From: Eubacteriales bacterium
GTDB taxonomy: Bacteria; Bacillota; Clostridia; Oscillospirales; SIG627
DNA: 64,000 nt
NCBI GenBank assembly: GCA_045594565.1
Contig: JAZNYT010000054.1
Coordinates: forward strand, 734-64,733
Direction of reading: 5' to 3'
Shown: in pieces, positions 26,532 through 36,406 of the stretch
How positions within the stretch are numbered: position 1 is the stretch's first letter
Layout of the letters: each line of letters begins with the position of its first letter
Notes under the pieces: model-generated
What the model was told of the DNA's origin: nothing
What the model saw: the letters and a program-made list of their open reading frames with translations, nothing else
The model's database searches: none
Program-made: the position numbers and the translations under genes

Positions 26532-29500
26532 ATGGAAAAGAGCAGAATAAAAGAAATACTTATAAAAATGAAAGAAACTGAGGGGTGGAGGGATTTTAAG
26601 TGTGAATCCTTTCGCCGTGCATACCGCACTCTTAAAAAATATACGAAAAAGGTGAAAGAAAGGGAGAGTGTAAACGGACGTTGGCTTTACGAAAACTTCT
26701 ATCTGTTAGAGGAGAGCTATGCTACCGTAAAAGCCGAACACTTCCCCCGCAGTATTCGAGCCGTATCGGCGTTTCTTGTAAAGGCTATGGCGGATTCCTC
26801 GGATATACAGGATGGGATATCGGCTTTCTTCGAAACCCTTTCCGAAGCTTTTTCGGACGAGGAGATAGAAAAGCTTTACCCATCACTTCTTCTTGAGAGT
26901 ATTATCCTTATAAAAAAAGAGCTCCTTTCGGGCGGTGAGGTGAGCCTTTATATAAACCTTATAAGACGGCTTTCGGAGTTTGATTTTTCCCCCTTTTATC
27001 TTGGCTTTTTTTCTTATGAGCAGAGTCTTAGGCGTGACCCTTTGTATCAAAGGCTGGATAGGGAAACGAAGGCGCTTTATAAAGAGAAGATAAAAAAATA
27101 TGCAAAAAAGCGCGGTGTGACCTTCTCCGCCGCCTGTGTTAACCTTTCCGCAGAAGCAGAAGAGAAAAAGTGTCACATAGGTGAGCTTTTGGATTTTTCA
27201 CGTTCAAGGAAGGGATGGCTTTTCCTTTTTGCCGCAGTTTTCGGCATCCTTTTGTATATCTCGTTTAAAACGATTTTTTTCACCTTCGAGCCGTTTTTCG
27301 CCGTTCCTTTGTTTCTTCTTTTTGTCATTCCCATGAAGGAAACCGCCTTTATGCTAACGGTGCCTCTGGTGGCTTTTTTCGAAAAGTCTGAAATCCTTCC
27401 CCGCGTTTCTATAGGAAGGGTAGGAGAGGAGAATGCTACTCTTACCGTCACCGCAACTCTTTTAACGAGCGAGGAGGAGGTAAAAAAAGCATTTCGCCAC
27501 CTTGAAAATTTAAGCCTTAAAACAAGGAGCAGAGGTAAGGATGATGGAGAGGTCTACTACGGAATTCTCTCTGACCTTCCTGAAAGTGATACCAAAAAGA
27601 CAAGAATAGACGACAAGATAAGGGCGGCGGCAAAAAAAGAGGCAGACCGCTTGAATTCTCTTTACGGTAACCGCTTTGTTTTCTTTTCACGAGAGCGCGT
27701 AAAGGATGAAAAAAGCGGAAGGTACGTGGCGTGGGAAAGGAAAAGAGGGGCTATAAACGAGCTTGTAAGACTTCTTTCGGGGCTTTCGTCCCGACTTGAA
27801 GCGTATGGGGCGGTGTTGCCGAAAATCAAATACGTCATTACTCTTGACAGTGATACGGATATGGAGCTTGGTGCGCTGAATAAGATGATAGGCACCATGG
27901 CGCATCCTCTGAATAAACCGCAGATAGAAGAAAAACGCGGAGTAAAAAGAGTGGTGAGGGGATTCGGTATTTTGCAGCCTACGGTGGCGACTTCACTTGA
28001 ATCGGCACACGCCACAGGCTTTTCGTCTCTTATGACGGGGGTGGGAGGGGTTGATTCCTATCACGGTGCGGTATTCAATCTGAACCACGTTTTATTCGGC
28101 AAGGGTATTTTTTGCGGCAAAGGAATTTTTGATGTAGAAGCTTATCGTGAAACGGTGCTTGAAGCTTTTCCGGACGGCATCATTCTCAGTCACGATATTC
28201 TTGAGGGTACAAGACTTTCGGCAGGCCATCTTTCCGACGTTACCGTTTTCGACGGTGTACCCTCGGGAGTAATATCCTATTACAAAAGAGCGCACCGCTG
28301 GGTAAGGGGTGACGTGCAGAGCATGAGGTTTGTAACTCATTTCGTTCCATCACCTGACGGATGGGTAAAAAATCCTATGGAAGCCGACGAAAAATTCGTT
28401 TTTATAAATAATCTATTAAATGTATTTATGCCTGCTTGTCAGATGGCGGGATTGTTTATCTTAATGCTGTGTCAGGGAGAGAGGGCAATTTTTACAGCCT
28501 TTCTATTACTCCTCCCCCTCGTTACCCCTCTTGTTATAGAGGTTTTACGTTCGATTATCTCGGGCAGACTCGAAACTCTTATCAGACGTTTTTTCGGAGA
28601 TACGGTAACTACTCTTTGCCGTGAGCTTGTTATGGTAGGATTCAGGTTTTCGAGCCTTGCTTTTACCGCATATAACAATTTAGACGCAGCTTTTCGCGCT
28701 TTTTGGCGTATGACGGTGTCGAAAAAAAAGCTTCTTGAGTGGACTACGGCAAATTCTCTTGAGGGCAAGAAAAGTCCCTTTATATCGGTGCTTTTTTATA
28801 CCTTTCCCTCTGTTATGGCAGGTGCTTTTGCACTCCTCTTCGCAAGGCTTTCGCTGATCAAGCTTCTTGGTATTCTGTGGTGCCTTTTTCCTCTTTTTTC
28901 GTACTTTCTTTCCAAAAAGAAAACGTCTTACGACAGAAGCCGTCACTACCGTCAGGCGTTTTTGCGTTATGCCGGAGATATATGGCGCTATTTTGAAAAG
29001 TACGTTGATGCATCGGGAAATTTTCTGCCTCCCGACAACGTTTCGGTGTTTCCTTCATCCGAAATTGCTATGCGAACGTCGCCAACCAATATAGGACTCT
29101 ATCTTCTTTCGGTGCTTGCCGCCATGGATTTCGGATTTATTTCGGTGCAATCGGGTGTTGACAGAATTGAGAAGACCACAGACACTATAGAAAAACTTCC
29201 AAAGTACAAGGGGCAGCTTTATAACTGGTACAGCACCGTTACGCTTGAGCCTATAGGGAAAGAATATATTTCAACGGTGGACTGCGGAAACTTTGTAACA
29301 TCCCTTGTGGCTCTTTTTGAGGGACTTTCGGAATATGAGATGGCAGACAGGAGAATAACCGAGCTGAAAAAGAGAATAAAGGCTATAGAGGAAGGGTCTG
29401 AGTTCAGATTTCTGTATAACTCGAAAAGAGAGCTTTTCTCTCTTGGCTTTTTCCCCGACAGAGAGGAGCAGGACGGGATAGTTTACGATATGTATATGAG

Positions 29501-32500
29501 TGAGGCGCGTACCACCGACTACTATGCGATAGCAAGAGGAATAGTCAAGGAGTCTCACTGGTCTATGCTTTCCCGACCTCTCACTACCGCAGGTCACGGA
29601 GTGGGAGCGCTTTCGTGGAGCGGTACCGCCTTCGAATTTTTTATGCCTCATCTTCTGCTTCCTGTCTATAAGAACAGCTTTACCGCCGAAGCCTTGAATT
29701 TTGCTTTTTTTGAGCAGTTCAGCTTCGGGGTCAAGGTGGGACGGGAGAGGGTCTTCGGAATATCCGAAAGCGGATATTTTGCCTTTGATGAATCTCTTTC
29801 ATATCAGTACCGCGCATTTGGGGTTCCCGCCCTTTCGAGAAGCCGAGAAAGTGAGGAGGATAGGGTAATATCTCCGTATTCCTCCTTCCTTATGCTGAAG
29901 AGCAATATTCCGCTGAATATGAGAAATCTCAAGGCGCTTGAGAAGCTCGGAATGTACGGAGAGTGTGGATTCTACGAGGCGATAGATGCTACCGAAAAAA
30001 GAGTGGGGAAAACCGCTTCCACCGTAAAAAGCTTTATGTGTCATCACCTTGGGATGAGTCTTGTTGCTCTTGCAAACGCTTCCTTTGAAAACGTATTTGT
30101 AAGGCGTTTTATAGCAGACCGCGAGATGAAGGCGGTTAGTGAGCTTCTAAAAGAATCCGTTCCCGTAGATGCGGTAAGTGTAAAAAAGGAAAAGGGCAGA
30201 AGAGAGGTATTGAAGGAAGCGCCGAGAAAGGGTAGAGTGAAGGAAAAGAGAATTTTCAAAACCGCACCCTCCACAGGGTTTCTGTCGGGAAGAGACCATA
30301 CGATGATTCTTTCCGAAAGAGGAATAATGGAGGAAAAGGTTAAAATAAGAAACGGGGAATATATTCTTGCAAACAACCCCGTATCAGATTTCAATCCCGT
30401 CAGCACCTTCATATTTTCAACCGACGGTGAGGAGGTAATTTCCCCCTCGGTATCCGGGGACGTCAGTTTTTTCTTTGACAGCGTGTGCGCAGAATATAAA
30501 ATGTCGGGACTTCAAGCTTGTATAAATCTGTCTGCAAAGACCTCTGCCACAAGAATAACTCTTTCGGCAAACGGCAGAGAAGGTGAGGTGGGATTATACT
30601 TCGAGCCTGTTCTGAAAAATGCCTCGGCATATCTTTCGCACCCTGCTTATACGAATCTCTTTTTTACGGCGGAATATGACAGTGAAAACCGTGCGCTGAT
30701 TCTTTCTCTGTCGGGCAGTGAGAGTGTATATCTTGCCCTTACCTGCAGTGAGGAATATTCATTTGAAACCTCGAAGCTGAGGCTTTTCGAGGGAGAGGAA
30801 TACTCGCTTTCGGGACTTTGTGAGGCGGTGAAACGTGAGCTGTCAAATACTGTCCGCGAAAAAAATCCTCTTTCTCCTTGCGTTCTTGCAAAGGTTAAAT
30901 ACAGTGGCAGAACAGACACCACTTTCGTCATCGGTTACGGCAAGACAAGATCGGAGGCGCTCTATTCAGCAAGGGATGAAATTGCAACTTCCTTTTATAA
31001 GAGTGTGGAAAAGAGTCGTGAGCTTTACAACGGTGCCCTTTCGGCATCGGGGGGAGATGGTGACAGGAGTCCGTTTTTCGAGACACTTCTTTCGGTGTTT
31101 GAGGGAGGTACTATATGGAGGATAAAGAGCCAATCAACGCCTGTTTATACCAAAGGAGCTCTTTACAGATACGGAATATCAGGAGAATTTCCTATATTTG
31201 ACGTGAAGTCAGGAGTGAAAAACGACGAGCTTTCCGAGCTTATACGCTGCAAAAAGCTTCTGTATATTATGGGGGCAAGGTTTGACCTTGTAATTGAGGT
31301 TGCGGATATGGGATATTCCAGAGGCGGAAGACACGAAATAGAGAAGATAATCGACAGAGAGGGATGCCGTTTTATGCTCGGAAAAAGCGGAGGCATATTC
31401 CTTGCAGATATAAGTGAGTCGGGAGTAAGTGAGCTTTTTGATGCGGTGGCAAAGGCACACTATCCCGAAAAGGAGAAGCTTACCCGATTTTTAAAAACCG
31501 AAAGGTATACCGCTCGCCGTAAAGCCTTGGACGTTCAAATTGAAGAGGGCATCACCGAGGACGGCTACGTTATAGATTTAAGAGAAAAAACACCTCCTGT
31601 CCTCTGGTCCCACGTTATTGCCCACCCAACCTTCGGCACGGTTTTAAATCACAGAAGCCTTGGCAACACCTGGGTATTCAATTCAAGACTTTCAAGACTC
31701 ACCTATTTTGAAGGAGACCCTGTTGGGGGAGGAGCGTCTGAAAAGCTTATTCTTTCGGAAAAGAATTTCAGCCGAGACCTTCTTGCCACGGCTTCTCTTG
31801 TTAAATTTACCGCAGGCGGTGCAGAGTATATGGGAGATACCTACAGAGTAAGAGTTGCGGTGCATCCAAGCCTTCTTTTCAAGGCTGTAAGTGTGATGGT
31901 TGATTCGGACGAGTTTTCCCTGCGCTATAAGCTTACTCCTGTGCTTGATGACTTCCCACATCCTACCACTACTATAGAGTACTGGCAAGATTTAAAAAAC
32001 CTTTGCTGTTTTAGAAATCTCTTTTCGGACAGCATAAAAAAAGGATTCCTTTATATTTTTGCTCCATTTGAAAAGGAGATGCGCGTGTCTCGCGGTGAAG
32101 TGGAGGTAACGTCTAGCAAGCCGTCCGAGGTGGTTTTCGTTATGGGATATGCAGGAAGCGAGAGGCATCTTGAGAGGGTTAAAGACTACTTTGCAGAGAA
32201 TACCTTCCGCGACCTGTGGAAGCTATCAAAGGCATCACTTGAAGAAAAAATAAAGGGCGCCGCATTCAAATCCTCTCTTGGTGTGTCTCTTAGCGATATG
32301 TGGCTTCCTTACCAGATACTCGTCTCTCGCTTCTATGCAAGGTCCGGCCCTTATCAGTCGGGAGGTGCCTGGGGCTTCAGAGATCAGGCGCAGGATTGTC
32401 TGTCGGTGCTGGATATGGAAAAAGATGCGGTAAGGGCTCATATTTTTCGAATGGCTTACCACCAGTTCCTTGAGGGAGACGTATGTCATTGGTGGCATTT

Positions 32501-33512
32501 TGGCAGAGGAGTAAGAACCAGATGCTCCGACGATTATTTGTGGCTTGTATTCCTTACCTGCTCGTATATTGAGAGGACGGGAGACAAAAAAGTCCTCGGT
32601 AAAGAGGTGGGATATATAACCTCTCCTCCTCTTTCGGCGAGGGAGAAGGACAGATATTCCGAATGTGTGAGAAGCGACGTGAAGGAAAGCTTGAAAAAGC
32701 ATCTTGAAAGGGCACTTGATCTGTTTATCGAAAGAGGTGTGGGGGAGCACGGACTTCCCTTTATCGGTGACGGTGACTGGAATGACGGTCTTAATGGACT
32801 TCCCGAGGAAAGTGAGAGCGTATGGCTTGGATTTTTCGCAAGAATAGTTATTTGCAAATATCTCGAAGTCGTTGAAGATAACAGGAGATACAGAGTATTT
32901 TCCGAAGGGCTTCGCTTGTCAATAGAGAAGCATGCCTTTTTCTCAGACAGATATGCGAGAGCTTTTTCGGGAGACGAGGTGTTTGGAATAAAAGGTGGTA
33001 GGGTGGAGATAGATGCCCTTTCTGCCGCCTTTGCATCTATTTGCCACTTTGTGACGGGCGACGGAAACGTGTCACGCATAACACTTGCTCTTGACAGCTC
33101 CTGGAATGAGCTTTTCGACGAAAAGGCGGGTATCTATAAGCTTTTCACTCCTCCTTTCAGAGAATATGACGAGAAAATAGGATATATTTCGGCATATCCC
33201 GAAGGAATAAGAGAGAATGGAGGTCAGTATACTCACGGTGCGGTGTGGGCGGCCTTGGGCTTTCTTTTGGCTCCTGATAAAAAAGAGGAAAACAGAAAAA
33301 GGGCTATGACTCTTGCAAGACTTCTATCTCCTCTTGAAAGAGGGAAGGAGTACAAGACCGAGCCATACGTTCTGGCAGGTGACGTTTACGCAAATCCCGA
33401 CCACCTTGGTCGTGGAGGATGGAGCTGGTACACCGGGGCTGCAAGCTGGTACAGAAAACTTCTTCTCAGTTTTGAGAAGGAAAACAGGAATAACTTTAAT
33501 CCTTTTTCATAA
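26532..33512 (+). CDS. cyclic beta-1,2-glucan synthase-like multidomain enzyme (TM + GT84-type glycosyltransferase + glucoamylase-like + GH94 phosphorylase-like)
   Basis: From ORF 26466..33512. Start moved to ATG 26532 (AGAGG RBS), because the TTG at 26466 lies inside the upstream terminator. Motifs: ITLDSDTD, ILSHDILEG and HRWVRGD (glycosyltransferase core); TSPTNIGLYLLS ((alpha/alpha)6 region); GDGDWNDGLN, ENGGQYTHGAVW and GGWSWYTGAASWY (GH94-like C-terminus). Several TM segments flank the GT domain. Confidence 0.75.
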   Translation: MEKSRIKEILIKMKETEGWRDFKCESFRRAYRTLKKYTKKVKERESVNGRWLYENFYLLEESYATVKAEHFPRSIRAVSAFLVKAMADSSDIQDGISAFFETLSEAFSDEEIEKLYPSLLLESIILIKKELLSGGEVSLYINLIRRLSEFDFSPFYLGFFSYEQSLRRDPLYQRLDRETKALYKEKIKKYAKKRGVTFSAACVNLSAEAEEKKCHIGELLDFSRSRKGWLFLFAAVFGILLYISFKTIFFTFEPFFAVPLFLLFVIPMKETAFMLTVPLVAFFEKSEILPRVSIGRVGEENATLTVTATLLTSEEEVKKAFRHLENLSLKTRSRGKDDGEVYYGILSDLPESDTKKTRIDDKIRAAAKKEADRLNSLYGNRFVFFSRERVKDEKSGRYVAWERKRGAINELVRLLSGLSSRLEAYGAVLPKIKYVITLDSDTDMELGALNKMIGTMAHPLNKPQIEEKRGVKRVVRGFGILQPTVATSLESAHATGFSSLMTGVGGVDSYHGAVFNLNHVLFGKGIFCGKGIFDVEAYRETVLEAFPDGIILSHDILEGTRLSAGHLSDVTVFDGVPSGVISYYKRAHRWVRGDVQSMRFVTHFVPSPDGWVKNPMEADEKFVFINNLLNVFMPACQMAGLFILMLCQGERAIFTAFLLLLPLVTPLVIEVLRSIISGRLETLIRRFFGDTVTTLCRELVMVGFRFSSLAFTAYNNLDAAFRAFWRMTVSKKKLLEWTTANSLEGKKSPFISVLFYTFPSVMAGAFALLFARLSLIKLLGILWCLFPLFSYFLSKKKTSYDRSRHYRQAFLRYAGDIWRYFEKYVDASGNFLPPDNVSVFPSSEIAMRTSPTNIGLYLLSVLAAMDFGFISVQSGVDRIEKTTDTIEKLPKYKGQLYNWYSTVTLEPIGKEYISTVDCGNFVTSLVALFEGLSEYEMADRRITELKKRIKAIEEGSEFRFLYNSKRELFSLGFFPDREEQDGIVYDMYMSEARTTDYYAIARGIVKESHWSMLSRPLTTAGHGVGALSWSGTAFEFFMPHLLLPVYKNSFTAEALNFAFFEQFSFGVKVGRERVFGISESGYFAFDESLSYQYRAFGVPALSRSRESEEDRVISPYSSFLMLKSNIPLNMRNLKALEKLGMYGECGFYEAIDATEKRVGKTASTVKSFMCHHLGMSLVALANASFENVFVRRFIADREMKAVSELLKESVPVDAVSVKKEKGRREVLKEAPRKGRVKEKRIFKTAPSTGFLSGRDHTMILSERGIMEEKVKIRNGEYILANNPVSDFNPVSTFIFSTDGEEVISPSVSGDVSFFFDSVCAEYKMSGLQACINLSAKTSATRITLSANGREGEVGLYFEPVLKNASAYLSHPAYTNLFFTAEYDSENRALILSLSGSESVYLALTCSEEYSFETSKLRLFEGEEYSLSGLCEAVKRELSNTVREKNPLSPCVLAKVKYSGRTDTTFVIGYGKTRSEALYSARDEIATSFYKSVEKSRELYNGALSASGGDGDRSPFFETLLSVFEGGTIWRIKSQSTPVYTKGALYRYGISGEFPIFDVKSGVKNDELSELIRCKKLLYIMGARFDLVIEVADMGYSRGGRHEIEKIIDREGCRFMLGKSGGIFLADISESGVSELFDAVAKAHYPEKEKLTRFLKTERYTARRKALDVQIEEGITEDGYVIDLREKTPPVLWSHVIAHPTFGTVLNHRSLGNTWVFNSRLSRLTYFEGDPVGGGASEKLILSEKNFSRDLLATASLVKFTAGGAEYMGDTYRVRVAVHPSLLFKAVSVMVDSDEFSLRYKLTPVLDDFPHPTTTIEYWQDLKNLCCFRNLFSDSIKKGFLYIFAPFEKEMRVSRGEVEVTSSKPSEVVFVMGYAGSERHLERVKDYFAENTFRDLWKLSKASLEEKIKGAAFKSSLGVSLSDMWLPYQILVSRFYARSGPYQSGGAWGFRDQAQDCLSVLDMEKDAVRAHIFRMAYHQFLEGDVCHWWHFGRGVRTRCSDDYLWLVFLTCSYIERTGDKKVLGKEVGYITSPPLSAREKDRYSECVRSDVKESLKKHLERALDLFIERGVGEHGLPFIGDGDWNDGLNGLPEESESVWLGFFARIVICKYLEVVEDNRRYRVFSEGLRLSIEKHAFFSDRYARAFSGDEVFGIKGGRVEIDALSAAFASICHFVTGDGNVSRITLALDSSWNELFDEKAGIYKLFTPPFREYDEKIGYISAYPEGIRENGGQYTHGAVWAALGFLLAPDKKEENRKRAMTLARLLSPLERGKEYKTEPYVLAGDVYANPDHLGRGGWSWYTGAASWYRKLLLSFEKENRNNFNPFS

Positions 33513-33544
33513 AATGTAGCAAAAAGAATTAAAGGAGCCTTGAA

Positions 33545-35074
33545 ATGAATAATACCAGTCTCAACAAAAATATGGTGACTCTGACTAAAAACGAAAGAAA
33601 GGTGAGAGTAGAGGAAGAGGTTGTTTTTCCCGACTATTCTTCCGATATCGTAAAGATAATAAGAACCGATGCCGTTCCTTACCTTACCTCCAAAAAAGTG
33701 AGAATAAAGGACGGGAACGCCATTCTTGACCTTTCGGGAAGGGTGGATTTCAACGTTATCTATACGGGGGATGAGGGGAGCGCCGAATCCTATCGGTTTT
33801 CCCGTGATTTTTCCGACAGCGTAAAGGCTCCCGTTGCTCCCGATACCGACGGTGAAAGTGTTGTGGCACAGGTAGCGCTTTCTGCCGATAACGTAAGCTG
33901 CAAGGCGCAGAGTCCGAGAAAGGTCACTGCAAGGTGTGACGTTACAGTACAGGACAGTATAAAGTGCAACTCTGTATTTGAGTCTCTTTCTCCGGAAAAG
34001 GACGAAAACACCGAGAAGCTTTCCTTTGAGAGCACCTCTGCGGAAATCCTTTCGTCTGTTACTCAGGAATTTGATTTCAGCGAGGAAATAAAGCTCCCTG
34101 CATCATATCCTCCTATGGAGAAGATTATCTCTTGCCGTACCGGAATAAGCCTTGACAACACCTCGGTTTCCGACGGTGTGGTAAGATTTTGGGGAACTAT
34201 GTGGGTATTTGCCGTTTATCTACCCGAATACGATGGTGAAAAGAGGCCGCTTCCTCAAAGCTTTTATCAGCCTATCGAGATTTCGGGTAAGCTTGAAGCA
34301 GACGATGCCACCGACCGCTCGGCAGCAGTAGGCAGTCTTATAACCTGTGGAACGACCTTCGAAATCATCACCGATAATATGGGAGAAAACAGAATATTGA
34401 AAATTGACGGCAGCTACCTTGCCGACTTCATCATAATAGAAAATGTACCATGTAATCTTGTAAGAGATGCATATGCGGTGGGATGCAAATCACAGCCCTT
34501 GACAGACACAAAGAGCTTTGTAAAGTACGAGGGAGCGCTTCGTGAAACTCTGCCCTTCCGTGAGAGAATTACCCTGAAGGAAGGGGTGGAAAGTCTTGAA
34601 GATTGCCATGCCGACGTAAAGCTTCGGGGCTTCGGCTTTGAAAATGGAAAAATGTTTGCGGATACACGTCTCGTCTTTAAGGCTATAGGAAGCGGAGATA
34701 CGGGGGAGACGGGAATAAACGAGGTTTTTGACCTTCGCCTTCCTATGAATCTACCATCCGAGCTTGCGGACAAGGGGGAAGATATACTGCCCGAAATTTC
34801 GGTGTATACGGGATATATCGACAGTAAGGTAACCGGAGATGGGGCAGAGATTTCCTTTGATGTTACGATGTCGGTGGAGGTATTTACCGAAGCTGGGGAA
34901 AGCTTCGTTTCGTCGCTTGATGTAACAGAGAGTATAAGCGAGAGAGTCGGAAGCATCTTCTATTATCCCGCTTCCTCCGACAGTATGTGGAGTATAGGAA
35001 AGCGCTACGCGGTATCTCAAAGGGCTCTGACAGACGCTAACGGCGAAATAAAAAGAGTAATGCTTATACCGTAA
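33545..35074 (+). CDS. DUF3794 (SPOCS) repeat protein with C-terminal LysM, SipL/SpoVID-like spore-coat assembly factor
   Basis: 509 aa. The N-terminus (VVFPDYSSDIVKIIRTDAVPYL) is typical of DUF3794. The C-terminal YYPASSDSMWSIGKRYAVSQRALTDANG...MLIP fits the LysM consensus. Size and architecture match my recollection of C. difficile SipL. Confidence 0.55.
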   Translation: MNNTSLNKNMVTLTKNERKVRVEEEVVFPDYSSDIVKIIRTDAVPYLTSKKVRIKDGNAILDLSGRVDFNVIYTGDEGSAESYRFSRDFSDSVKAPVAPDTDGESVVAQVALSADNVSCKAQSPRKVTARCDVTVQDSIKCNSVFESLSPEKDENTEKLSFESTSAEILSSVTQEFDFSEEIKLPASYPPMEKIISCRTGISLDNTSVSDGVVRFWGTMWVFAVYLPEYDGEKRPLPQSFYQPIEISGKLEADDATDRSAAVGSLITCGTTFEIITDNMGENRILKIDGSYLADFIIIENVPCNLVRDAYAVGCKSQPLTDTKSFVKYEGALRETLPFRERITLKEGVESLEDCHADVKLRGFGFENGKMFADTRLVFKAIGSGDTGETGINEVFDLRLPMNLPSELADKGEDILPEISVYTGYIDSKVTGDGAEISFDVTMSVEVFTEAGESFVSSLDVTESISERVGSIFYYPASSDSMWSIGKRYAVSQRALTDANGEIKRVMLIP

Positions 35075-35091
35075 ATTTACGAGGAAAATAT

Positions 35092-35130
35092 AAAAAATAG
35101 CTGTGAAGCAAAGCTTCACAGCTATTTTTT
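35092..35130. terminator. bidirectional intrinsic terminator
   Basis: 13-bp stem atagctgtgaagc/gcttcacagctat with a 3-nt loop, an A-run before and a T-run after. Lies between convergent genes. Confidence 0.75.
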
Positions 35131-36403
35131 ATGTGTTGAGAAGTTTTTCAAGAGTGGCAAGCTTTACACAGAGGCAGAAGACTTCAACTGCATCTGAAAG
35201 CTCCTCAAGGCTCGGATAGGTGGGAGCGATTCTTATGTTACTGTCGTGAGGGTCTTTTCCGTAGGGGAAGGTAGCACCTGCGCCCGTCAGTACAACGCCT
35301 GCCTCGGCACAAAGCTGAACGGTACGCTTTGCACAGCCGTCCATAAGATTTACGCTGATGAAGTAGCCTCCACGGGGATTTGTCCAGTTCATAATTCTGT
35401 TATCGGTAAAATCGCGTTCAAAGGCAGAGATTACAGTTTCAAATTTAGGTCTTATAATATCAGCGTGCTTTTTCATATGCGCTCTTACGCCGTCTGCGTT
35501 CTTGAAGAACTTAACGTGTCTGAGCTGGTTTAGCTTATCGTAGCCGATAGTCTGGGCACCCGAACGGTCGCTGATACGGCGGAGATTGTTCTTACTTGCT
35601 ATTATGAATGCAACACCCGCACCGGGGAAGGTGATTTTTGACGTAGAGCCGAAGATGTAGCAGAGAGAGGGATTTCCTGCCTTCTTACACTCTTCGAAGA
35701 GGTTGAGAAGGTGGTCTGCGTCATCGTACATATCGTGAACTGCATAAGCGTTGTCCCAGAAAATTCTGAAGTCGCTTGCCGCCGGCTTGAGGTTTGCGAA
35801 GCGGCGGACTGTTTCGTCGGAGTAGGTTACGCCTCCGGGATTGGAGTACTTGGGAACACACCAGATACCCTTTATCGTCTCGTCTGTAGAAACGAGTCTT
35901 TCAACTGTATCCATATCAGGACCGTCTTCGGTCATATCGATGTTTATCATCTCGATACCCATTCTCTCACAGATTCTGAAATGTCTGTCATAGCCGGGTA
36001 CGGGGCAGAGAAATTTTACTCTTTCAAGCTTGGACCAAGGGGGACAAGCGGAGTTTACACCGAGAACGAATGAGCGGATAACTGCATCGTACATAATGTT
36101 AAGAGAGGAGTTGCCGAGAATCATTATCTCGTCCTTTTCCGCACCCATAATGTCGCAGAATATTTCCTTTGCTTCGGGAATACCGTCGAATATGCCGTAG
36201 TTACGGTAGTCCATCGCATGATCAACACAATCCTCGTGGGTAAGTATGTTGAGCATTCCGTCGGACAGGTCGAGCTGGTCAGCACCGGGCTTACCTCTTG
36301 ACATATCAAGCTTTAAGTCCTTTTCTCTTATTCTTTCATAGTCCTTACGGCGAAGGTGAAGCTCACGGGAGAGCTGTTCATCGTTTAACTGTAAATAATC
36401 CAT
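35129..36403 (-). CDS. class I/II-fold PLP-dependent aminotransferase (aspartate-aminotransferase-like family)
   Basis: 424 aa. The N-terminal LDMSRGKPGADQLDLS motif and the STSKITFPGAGVAF lysine region are typical of this aminotransferase group. Confidence 0.7.
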   Translation of the reverse strand: MDYLQLNDEQLSRELHLRRKDYERIREKDLKLDMSRGKPGADQLDLSDGMLNILTHEDCVDHAMDYRNYGIFDGIPEAKEIFCDIMGAEKDEIMILGNSSLNIMYDAVIRSFVLGVNSACPPWSKLERVKFLCPVPGYDRHFRICERMGIEMINIDMTEDGPDMDTVERLVSTDETIKGIWCVPKYSNPGGVTYSDETVRRFANLKPAASDFRIFWDNAYAVHDMYDDADHLLNLFEECKKAGNPSLCYIFGSTSKITFPGAGVAFIIASKNNLRRISDRSGAQTIGYDKLNQLRHVKFFKNADGVRAHMKKHADIIRPKFETVISAFERDFTDNRIMNWTNPRGGYFISVNLMDGCAKRTVQLCAEAGVVLTGAGATFPYGKDPHDSNIRIAPTYPSLEELSDAVEVFCLCVKLATLEKLLNT

Positions 36404-36406
36404 AAT

